A stretch of DNA of 64,000 bases from Guillardia theta CCMP2712 (lineage: Eukaryota > Protista > Cryptophyta). The notes beneath the pieces are model-generated. The model had not been told where the DNA came from. It searched no databases and worked only from the letters and a program-made list of their open reading frames with translations. Positions 24,301-35,000 of the stretch are shown here, in pieces; the first letter of the stretch is position 1; every line of letters starts with the position of its first letter. Location: contig NW_005434599.1 in assembly GCF_000315625.1 (NCBI RefSeq), positions 184,851 to 248,850 of the forward strand, written 5' to 3'. A program made the position numbers and the translations under genes.

Positions 24301-27300
24301 CGCTTCTCCTTCAGCGCGCCCTGGATCGTCTGGATCTGCTGGGAGACAGCTGAAAGAACCTCGGGCTCGAGCCTGTTGAACTCATCGAAGCAGCCCCAGG
24401 CGCCGCACTTGACGAGCCCTGTGAAGATCCTGCCCATGGACTTGAAGTCTATCCCCTCGTCGCAGTTGAACACCAGCACCTGCCGCGCAAGCGCCTGCCC
24501 CAGCGCCTTCACGGACTCTGTCTTGCCTGTTCCTGCTGGCCCATAGGGGTTCCCGCCGTACCCGAGGTGGAGGGCCTGAGTGAGGGTGAGGAAGCACTTG
24601 TCGGTGAGGGGCGTGTGGACGAGCTTCGGGTCGTTGCCCTGGTACTCGTAGGTGTAGGAGTTCTGAGTGTCGCACATGCGCACCACACACTTGTTGTCCT
24701 CGAGATAGAAGCGAAGCTGCTTCTGCCAGTGCCAGGAGTCGGCAGATACCACTCCTTCCTTCTTCAGCTGGCTGAGGACGTCGAGGTCGTGGATCAGGTC
24801 GAGGATCGTCGACTTGAACTTCAGGGTGACCACAGGGTCAGAGGTCTGCGGCAACAAAGTCAGAGGGAACAAGTCAGACAACAAAGAGCAACTTCACCGC
24901 GGCAAAACCTGTGTACTGAGCTAACTTCTCCCTAAGCGCACTCTCTATTCCATGCAACCCGCCCTTGGAGAACGAAGCTTCCACGTCGGCACAGAAACAG
25001 ATCTGCTCAACTGCGCAGAGGATCATGGAGGGGAAGACGCCGAAGTCGATCGTGGACATGCATTCGGAGAGCGAGGAGCTGAGGGTGAGGACCATGTCGG
25101 TCGACAAGTCAGACAGCCACTGTTCCACCACGTCGGTGATCTCGATCGGGTTCAGCAGAGCGACGGTCTCGCCCTCGAGGCTCCTGAAGGAGACGATGTG
25201 CTTCTGGTCCTCGGAGAAGTCCACGGCGAAGATCGCCTGGAAGAGTTTCTTGAGGTGGGCCTGGATGACCGTCGGGTTCTTGGACTGGCCGAGGATCTCG
25301 AGCAGGTCGTCGTCCCCGATGAAGTAGAAGCGAGGGAACTTGGAGCGTTTCTCCTCCAGGAAGTCACTCAGAGCCTTCTGGCATCGCTCCAGCTGGTTGA
25401 TCATCCCCGGCAGCTTCTCCAGGATCCCTGAGATCTCGGCAAACGACACCACCCGCCGGTTGCTCACGATGTCCACCATGATGTCTCGGTAGTCCTCGTC
25501 CACCCTCTTGAACCTCTGCTGCTCATGAGGCAGCGCTCCTCGCCCAAAGATGGGCTCGAGGTACAGCCACTTCCTCTGTATGGTGTTGAGGTCGCTCAGG
25601 CCTATCCCCAACGTCGACAGCTTTCTGTCCCAGTCCTCAGCCTGGACGGCGAACTTGCCGAAGTAAGGGGAGTCTTTCATGGCCTGGAGGACAGACTGGT
25701 GATCTCCCACCTGTGTCTGTACCTCCTTCCATTCCTTGATCAGGTTGATCGTCCTCCCGCTGCAGTCCTTGTGCTCGATCAAAGTGAACTCCGTCTCCTC
25801 TCCCCACTTCAGCAGCTCGTCGAACGCCTCCTGTATGCTCAGCTCCGCCGTCGCCCGGGCCTGCAGGTCCTTGATCTCGTTCATCTTGCTCACCACAAGG
25901 TCGCTCGAGTCGAGGAAGTAGCGGAGCTTGAGGTTCGACCGGTCGACCCCCTTGGGGAACTCGAGGAGGCGGAACAGAGAGAACCAGTGCTCTTGAGTGA
26001 ACGCGTCACCCTTGACGAACTTGAGGTAGGGGACGTTCTTCCTTAGCCTCTCGATCTCCGACAGCAGGTAACGAACCACCGGGTCGATGTCCTTGCCCTT
26101 GACCTTGTCAGCCCACTTGGCCAGGAAGTCGTCGAGCACGTAGAGACGATCTCTGATCTCCAGCCAGGCCTCATTCTCAATGTCTCCGATCTCCTTAGTG
26201 TACTCATCGTAGAGCCTCCATGAGGAGAGGGTCTGCTGGACGTCCTCCTGCAGCTCCTCCAGCTCGGGGAAGGAGGGCTCGGACATCTCGAACTGAGTGC
26301 AGTCCTGCTTGATCTTAACAGCAGTATCTGCCAGCAACGAGTACTCGGTGTCGAGGTCCTTCACTATCTCTATCGCCTTCTCTGCCGACTCTCGGTCCTT
26401 CAGTTCGTCCCCGTGCGGCTTCATCCCCCTCCACCTCCCGCTGAACTTGGTGATGGACTCGCGGAAGCTCTTGATCTGCTGCTCGATCAGCGACCGCAAC
26501 TTCTCCTTCTGCTCCTCCACGTTCTTGGCGTGCGCACTGAGCCTGAGCTCAAGTTCGTCCCAGTCCCTATGAAGCTCAGAGAAGTCGATCGAGCTTCCTC
26601 CCTGCAGCTTGATCAACCTGCTCTTCTCCTCCATCTTCAGCTTCCTCTCAGAAAACCCACTGAAACCTTCGTTGACCGCCTTCCACTTCCCTGTGGCCTC
26701 TGCGATCTCGTCTACACTCTGAGGCATCGAGGCGAGCGCCTCTAGCGAGGTCCTGGTGTACTCATGCACCTGCTCCATGTCAGCCTCTGCCGACTTCTTC
26801 AAACTTCTGACGAGCGCGTCGTTGAAGTCCTTGAGCTGCTTCTCTATCGTTTGCTTGAGGGGGGTCGTGTCTACAGTGATGCAGTCTACCTTCACCGTTG
26901 CATCAAGCTTCTCCGCATCCCTCGTCCTCGTCTTGAGGACCCGGAAGTTGGAGTCCCAGTCTTCCACCTCCTTCACCTTCTCCTCGACCAGCTCGTCCAG
27001 ATCCACCGTGCCAAGAGCCACCCAGTTGGAGTACTTGTCAACAGCGTCGAGCAGCTTCTTGAACAACTTCTCAGCTTGCTGGAAGACAACCTGAAGACCC
27101 TTGGGGTTGCACTCGGTGATATTCTTGAAGATGTCGGTCTCCCCGACCCCCTTGAACTTGAGGGGGATGTTGATGAACCGCATTAGGTCCTTGTAGTATC
27201 GTTGCCTGATGTCTTCGAACGGCGGGTCGAAGGTCAGCTTCTTGTCTTTGAAGTACAACGTCACTTCGATCTGCGGGAGAGTTTCATGGCAGCTCTCGAG

Positions 27301-29634
27301 CCCGACCTTGTACTGGAACTCCAGCGCCTTGTAGAGCTGGTAGTCCCAGTGGACGTACCATGCCTTGAGGTTGTCAAACCCCTCCTGTGCCACCTCCTGC
27401 ACTATCTTCTTGATCTCTTGCAGCCCGTACTTCCACTTGTCCCGCTGCCTCACGAGGTCTGTCTCCATCAGCTTCACCACGATCTCAGCGATCTGCTCGT
27501 GAGCCTTCCGCAGCCTCCTGTTCTTGTTTGTGAACCGCCTCATGGCGGTCTGAAGCTCTTCGGTGTACTGCGCGAGCATGTTGGTGTCTCCCCATGTGAT
27601 GGACCTTCCGTCGCCCTTAACCACTCTCTCAAAGTCGACTGCCTCGTTGATCAACATCGGCTTCTGGCTCTTGATGATGTGGCTCTCCAGAGTGTTGTAG
27701 AAGGCAGCAACCTGCTTGAGGATGGTTGCGTTGTTGTAGATTTTCTGTGCCTTCTCAACTTCCTCATCGATCTCCTTCGGTATCGGATGCCCGATGGCAC
27801 ACAGCTGCCTTGCCTCTCGGATGAGTTCGACAAGCTTCTCACTGTAATGGACCCTCAGCCTTCCATCTGCCTTGTCAAACGACATCAGCTTCCCCTTCAT
27901 GTCGATCGCCACCTCTTGCTCAGAGTCTCTCAGGGCTGCCTTCATGTCGTCCCTCCATGTTGTGAACTCATTCATCTTCTTCTCCTCAAGCTCTCTGAAG
28001 ATGTTATCACAGACAAAGTCCAGATGTTCCTCCCTCTCTGTCTCCTCCGAAATGTCGACAAAAATCGGGGTGGCCAGACCCTTGATCATCTGCACCTTGT
28101 GGATCAACTGCGAGTACAACACCACGTTGTTCACAGTTGTGCTGCAATTTTTGCTCTTTGTCAGCTCATACAACTTTGCATCAGAATCGTCTGTCTGTTG
28201 CATTGCGTACTCCCTGAGGTTCAACAAGTATTGTTTCACGTACTCGAACAGTCGTCTCCTCTCAGCCTTGGAACTCGCCAACAGCGCTGGCTTGCGTATC
28301 AGATCCTTGTACTTGTCGAATTCTTTGAGAACTTGGTAAGGTTTCGCAAGAGCGCTCGATGAGCTCGTCTTTTTCTTGCGAACGTCTTTCAGTTCCTCCA
28401 CGGCTTCTTTCAAGTTCGGGATGATCTTAGAAGCTATCATGTCCCTTAGTTTCTCTGACACCTTCAAGCTTGCTGGCTCGATGATCGCAGAATACTCAGA
28501 CACAGCAGCAGTCCAGGCTGCAGTCGAGTACGAGCTGACACTGAGGGGATGAACGTCAGCCAACTTCTTCAGAGAGTTGTCAAGTTTCAAGCCTCGCTGC
28601 TCGTCCTCACTCAAGAGGGTCCTGAGAGCCTCGTGTGAGGTGCGAAGCTCCAAGATCTTCTCCAGTCTCATGCTGATCGCCAAGAACCTCTCGTCAACGT
28701 AGGCCTTGTCTTGCCAGAGCGGCTGCTGCCCTTTCATGACCCACATCACCCCAGTCATCTCCTTGGTGACGGCCAGCCATCGCTTACAAGCGCTGTTCGC
28801 AGCATTCAAGTGTGATTCTGCTTGTTGGAATGGAATGTTCCAGATATCAGACGAGTCGACCTTCTTGCGTATCAGGTGCATGAGCTTGTCCCCCACCAAA
28901 CCAAACAAGTGCCTCATCCTCCTCTCCGGAATCTTCTCTTTCCAGATGTTGTCGACAGCATCTTTTACATTCTCCATGATTTCGGATTCGATGGACTCGA
29001 AGGTTTCATCGTTCACATTCTCAAATATCGAGTTGAGATCTCTCATTTGCCCGTGTAAGTCACCATACGCAGAAGGGTCTCTCATGCTCTGTTCGTGCCA
29101 GAAGTTGACCTCATCCTCCAAAGAAAGGATCCCCACACAATCCTCCAGGTTGCTGCTAAATGCTCGATGGCCTTTCACCATGAACTCCAGAGCTGCTTCC
29201 AAGTTCTGCAGCAGGTCCATGGTCTTGTCGTCAAGCTTCTCTGTTTGTCGCAACATGAGCGGCTTGTAGATGTTGTGCAATGAATCGTAGAGGGAATGCA
29301 AGGGGGAGCGAGCGAAGGATGACATCGAAACGCTTGTCTGGAAGTTGTCCATGGTGATGGCAGAAGATCCAGTCTTGTGGAACAAGATGCTTCCTTCATC
29401 GGCTCTCTCTGTCACTGAGTTCGCCAACACGATCTCGTCGTTTCGTAGCGACGCCAGCAGTGCAGTCGTAGTCGGGTCATCAAGGAAGCTGTCCAAACAA
29501 CGATCCGAGCAGAGATCAGCCTGCAGTCTGTCACGATCATCCAGAAGCTTTGATCTCAGCGATGCATCGCATGCAAAGTGGTCAAGAATGAGTTGCGCGA
29601 CGTGATCCTTTCGCGGGTCGTCAGAGCTCACCAT
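15304..29634 (-). CDS. DYNC2H1: Cytoplasmic dynein-2 heavy chain (retrograde IFT motor, DHC1b), about 4300 aa, at least 11 introns
   Basis: AAA1 GPAGTGKTESVKALG...VFNCDEGIDFKSMGRIF...CFDEFNRL with the dynein-2-type LNPAGKGYGGR; AAA2 GPSGSGKS; AAA3 GPEGCGKS; AAA4 GRPGVGRR; stalk coiled coil; C-terminal WILCGAAIF. Exon 1 is 24898-29634 and exon 3 is 19648-23658. Confidence 0.95.
18617..18716. other. Assembly gap (100 N) within a dynein intron
   Basis: Run of n. Confidence 1.
19452..19564. repeat. (GAG)n microsatellite in a dynein intron
   Basis: Perfect GAG run inside the intron that starts at 19647 on the minus strand. Confidence 0.95.
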
Positions 29635-30120
29635 AACGCAAACCTTGAGGCTTCAGAGAGGAGGGAGTCAGGACAGGAGCAGCAGAAGGAGGAAGCTAGT
29701 TGTTAGAGGAGGAGGAGGAGGAGGAGGAGGAGGAGGGGAGGATCACAGAAACGGACGAGGATGATGAAGAGGAGCCAAAGTGCATCGCGACTTCAAACCG
29801 CTCTCATGCCCCTCAAAGTTGATCCCATGGTGAAACTTTTATCTTGAAAGTTGAAATTTCATAACAACATTTGACAGGTGGAAGTCCACAGGCCTGCCTC
29901 GCATAAATTTTTGAAAATTTGAAACTAAAATATTCATCTAAATTTGATATTATGAGATAGTAAATGAACTTTTCTCATAGATATAGATTCTCTGAGAAGG
30001 TGTGGTCAACAAGGTCACAAAGGGGGGTAGGGTGGGGGTTAAAACAACAACTTTTAGCAGGTCTACCATCATCTTGGTTCCATCCACGTTTAAGACTGAG
30101 CGATGGTGGTCGGGGCAGCC

Positions 30121-31972
30121 ATGGCACGGATGCTCGTAGCTCGATGGCAGAAGGGAGTGATAGGAGTAGGAGGACGTTTGAGAGAATTGAGAGGAGGAGG
30201 AGCAGTAGTAGTAGTAGGAGGAGCAGCAGCAGGGTGTAGCGGCAGTAGAGCAGGAGTTGAAAGCACATTTAGATCCTTGCATTGGGTAGCTCGAGCAGCA
30301 ACCCAAAGGTCTACTTTGATGGCGGAGGAGAGATCCAGCAGGGCGTCAGGTATGGCTGCGACACAATGCAGCAGACTCATAGATCCTACTGGCCGACTTG
30401 AGCTCCTCCTTCAGGGTTGGAGAGGACAGCACAGGCCCTTCACCACTCTCACTCGCCCATATCCGAGGCCCAACATCGGCGAGTGTCGTCCCTGCCTTGC
30501 GCGTCCTCCCGGCGGACCCCTCGTGCTGAGACGTTCTGCGAGCTCGTCCTCGAACAGCGCCACCGGCATCATCCGCTTCGTACCTGAAAGCATCCAGCCC
30601 TACTTTCTGCTGGCGAGGCTAGACAAGCCCATTGGGACTTGGCTGCTGCTGTGGCCGTGCTGCTGGAGCATCGCCATCTGTGCGCCTGCGGGGGCGCTGC
30701 CGGACGTCTGGATGCTGACCAAGTTCGCCATCGGGGCTGTGGTGATGCGAGGAGCTGGTTGTACCATCAACGACATGTGGGACAGGAACATCGACAAGCT
30801 GGTACGAGATCCCTGAGGGACCCTCCCCTTCCCCTAAAAGAGCCCAGCTCTCTGCCCAGCTGTTCATGGTCCGGCAGATCCTGACTTGAAGCAGGTGGAG
30901 AGGACAAAGATGAGGCCGCTGGCTGCTGGGCAGATCACTCAGCTGCAGGCCCTGACGTTCCTGGGTCTGCAGCTATCAGCAGGACTTTGTGTCCTCGTGT
31001 CGATGAACCTGTACAGGTGACGTTGGTGTCGGGCGTCGGGCGTGCCTGACTGTTACCAGCATCCTCCTCGGTGCCTCGTCCCTGGCCCTGGTCGTTGTAT
31101 ACCCGCTCATGAAGAGGATCACCTTCTTCCCTCAGGCTAGTCCTCTCCCCTCCCAAAGCTGAAGTTTCTCATGCTGAGAGACAGTTTGTGCTCGGGCTGG
31201 CCTTCAACTGGGGGGCGCTGCTGGGCTCTTCTGCTGTGCTGGGGTACTGCCCATGGAGCGTTTGTTTGCCGTAAGGAGATCGTCTCCTCCCTGAGCGAAA
31301 TGACCGCGCATGGCAGGATGTACTGCGGGTCCGTCGCTTGGACATTGATGTACGATACCATCTACGCGCATCAGGCAAGATAGGAGGAGGAAGAGGAGGA
31401 GAAGGGGGTGGGGGGAAGGTTGCTGGTGATGGTGGTGATAGTATTGGTGGTTGGGGGATGACTAGTCTGCAGGACAAGAAAGACGACAAGCTTGTGGGCG
31501 TGAAGTCTACAGCCCTATACTTCGGCGAGCAGACGAAACCTGCGCTGGCAGCCTGGAGTTCTTTCTTCGTCGCCTCCCTACTCGTCTCTGGCAAGGTGCC
31601 AGCACGCGTTTGCCGGCGTCTCGCTCCTGAAGCCTCTTGCAGTTTGCGGGGATGGGGATCCCCTACGCGGTAGGGGTTGCGGGGGCAGCCGTGCACATGG
31701 CGTGGCAGGTTTGCGGGCAGAGGCCTCGTTGACCCTGCTGGTGACTTGCTGGCAGATCAGGACGGTCGACCTGGACAACACCATGGACTGCATGCAGAAG
31801 TTTGTGTCGAACAAGTCAGTTTTTGCCCTCTTCTGCTCCTTCTGCTCTCCTCACAAGACTCGTCCTCCTCCCCCATCCCCCCTGCCTCCCTTGCGCTTCC
31901 TCACTTCGACCTTGCAGATGGGTTGGCGCCATCATCTTCTCGGGTATCGTAATCGACAAGCTGCTGGCCTAG
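30121..31972 (+). CDS. COQ2: 4-hydroxybenzoate polyprenyltransferase (UbiA family), 8 introns
   Basis: [105 protein letters not shown]-terminal KFVSNKWVG...LLA*. Start codon uncertain (30121, 30319 or 30351). Confidence 0.93.
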
Positions 31973-32070
31973 CAGTGTCAAGAACTAACACAGAAACTAA
32001 CATCAAGAGATGTAGTCTGAGTTAACAACAATCCATAGTTTACAATGTCTTACAATCCTGCCTTGACTAC

Positions 32071-35000
32071 TCACTCCTTCCTTCCTCCTCCTCCCACGGC
32101 TCCTCCTCCAGCTCCTCCCCCATGAGCCACCTTGTTCGCATGTCCCGGGAGGGTGTTGTATCCAGAGCCGCTCCCTGCATGAAGTAAGCAAGGACAGGCT
32201 AAGGCAAGAGCTGGTACCTGGTTCGTGATTCCATCGGAAAGGTGTGATCACCTAACAGGGAAAGTCAAACTCTTTGCTCCTCTACCTCCCTTCCTCCCCC
32301 CCCTCTTCTTCCTCCTCCTTTCTCCCAGTCCTCCTCGTCCTCCTCGTCCTCGTCCTCGTCCTCCTCCTATTCCTCGTCCTCACACTGACCCGGCAGGACC
32401 CCACAATCTTCTGGTGCGTAGCTTCACTCCGCTCAACCTCTTGGACCTTCGCGCCTGTCAGTCTCTCCCTCCCTCCCNNNNNNNNNNNNNNNNNNNNNNN
32501 NNNNNNNNNNNNNNNNNNNNNNNNNNNNNNNNNNNNNNNNNNNNNNNNNNNNNNNNNNNNNNNNNNNNNNNNNNNNNGAGCGAGCGAGCGAGCGAGCGAG
32601 CGAGGGAGGGAGCGAGCGAGGGAGGGAGGGAGGGAGGGATTGAAGGAGGAGAAAGGAGGGAGGGACAGGGACGGAGGAGCGAGGAGGATGATCTTACCCG
32701 GACGATGACGGTCTTTCCCCATGGCTTCCTTCCTGGGATGCCGATGGCGGCGACTGGATGTCCATGCCCCTGCTCGCAAGGCTCACGGGGTTGTCAAAGA
32801 AGCAATCTCCTCACGTCGGGCCTCGAGTCATGCCCAGCAGCTCCGTTGGTCTTCTTCAGCAGCTGGGGCAGGGGGGTTCGATGTCAGCCGTTTCAGCTGG
32901 GGAGGAGGAGGAGGAACCTTTTCCCAGCTCAGCTTCGCGTCCTCGCAGAGCTTCAGCATGCGCCTCCCGTCGATTCCGCATCTGCGCTGGTGTGAGGAAG
33001 GGGGGAGGAAGAACAACGAAAGAGGAAGGAAGGAAGAGCAGGGAGGGAGGGAGGAGAAGGTGGGGGAGAGAGGAAGAGCGGGGGAAGGGGGGGGGCGGGG
33101 AACGAGGTAGGGGGAGAGAGGAAGAGCGGGGGGGAGGACGAGGGGCAGCTGGTGTGGGGAGGAGGGAGACTCACTTGGACAGGGCGTGCGCGACTTCATG
33201 GTTGAAGTTTCTCTCCCAGGCATCGAAACTTGTCACAGTCACAAGCTGGGACAGACAGTCAGAGAGCAGAGGGACAGGGGAGGAGGGAGAAGAGGACGAG
33301 GACGAGGAGGCGAAATAAGACAGGGCCACACGGGAGCCAAGGAAGGAGGAGAGGGCAGAGGGATTGAAGGGGGGGGGAGAGGAAATAGTATGAGGCTGAG
33401 GGACACACGAGAAGAGGAAGAGGGAGGAGGAAAGAGGAGGAAGGAGGAGGGAGGAGGAGGAGGGAGGAGGAGGAGGAGGAGGAGGAGGAAGGAGAAAGAA
33501 GGAGGTAGGAAAGGGGGGAGGAGGGACGAGGAGGACAGTGCATGGTAGCACCTCATCGGTGGTGAGGGTGAGCAAGTAGTTTGCCAGCTCCTTGCAGTCC
33601 GCTACGCTCCCCCATGTGTCGTAGGTGCGATGGTGGAGCTGTAGAAAGTCCCTCGAGAAGACCGTCACCAGCAGCCCCCGCTCAGTCCCCACCTGCCCAG
33701 AGCTCAAACGGCTCTGCGCCTCCCCCCTGTGGGTGAGGACGAGCTTCCTCGGGGGCTCTAGGGAGACCTGCATGTCCTGCATGTCCTGCAGGTCCACGAG
33801 GAGCTTCTTGCTCGACCTGCTGCCCGTCTCTGCCTTCCTCCTCGTGCTCTTCGCTGTGATCCTCGTAATGGGCACGAACGCGGTGAGAGGAGAGCAGCGG
33901 CATTGAGCCTCCCACTCATCCTCCCGGTAGGACGAGGAGGAGCCGGAGAGGAGCTGCTGGCGCAGGACGTAGCCCGACGCGTGCTTGAACCTGCCTCGCG
34001 TCTCCTTCACCACCTTCTTGAGCAGACTCTTGGCCTCGTCGCTAACGTCGAGCGCGACTCCATGGATGACCGCCTTCCAGGCGTCCCCCACCTCCTGCTC
34101 CAAGTGCTTCACCTCGTCAAGGATGCGGTCGGCAGAGACGAGGGGGAGGCGATCTGTGATGATCCAGATGTCCGAGCAGTTGGACGCCACGCGCTCTATG
34201 TGCTCCAGCGCTGTGGTCCACTCCATCCTCCTGCCCTCCTTCGTCTCCACCGACAGGCTCATCTCGATGCTTCGCTTCGCCGTCAGGCTCTCGGCCTCCT
34301 CCCGCGGAGTCGCGTCTGCCTCTGCGTCCTCCTCTTGCCCAAGTCGAGCTAGCCAAGGAACAACCTCGGCCATGACCTCCTCCTCGCTCTGGGTGGAGAT
34401 CATACTCTCGGCGAGGTACGGGTTCTTGTTCTCGCACGAGAGGAGGTTCAGCCTCTCCATGGTGAGTGCATACCGGCTTCCTCCCTCCTGCGATAGCTCG
34501 CTGTGAAGGGCGCGAACGATGAGTCGCTTGACCGAGTCGAGCCGGAGAGGGTCGAGCACATCGAGGATGATGACCGGCGCCTGCCCGAGGCCCCGGCCGA
34601 AGACGGAGGAGACGGGGGGCTGGAAGCTGATTAGCTTCTCTGTCAGTTGCTGGCAGCCCGTTCCCCTGAGGGCGATGCAGGAGGGCCAGTAGTACTCCAC
34701 CACAGCTCGCCGAAAGTCCTCGCTGTGCAGCACCATGCGCTGCTCGCCGTTGCTGAAGCGGACGAGGAGGTGCGGGGAGAGGGCTTTCAGTATGAGCTCG
34801 CGCTGGATATCGGGGATCACGTGGTTGGGCCCCATGGTGAGGAGGAGGTTGTGCAGGTTGGAGGTAACGATCCCGTCGTCCCCGGACTGCAGCAGGACCT
34901 TGAGGATAATCTCCACCGCCCGCAGCTCGGGGAAGTCAGCGGCCTTGGGCGCCTCCTGCCTGAACTCTGAGCCGAACACGTTGAACTCCCGCTCCATCCA

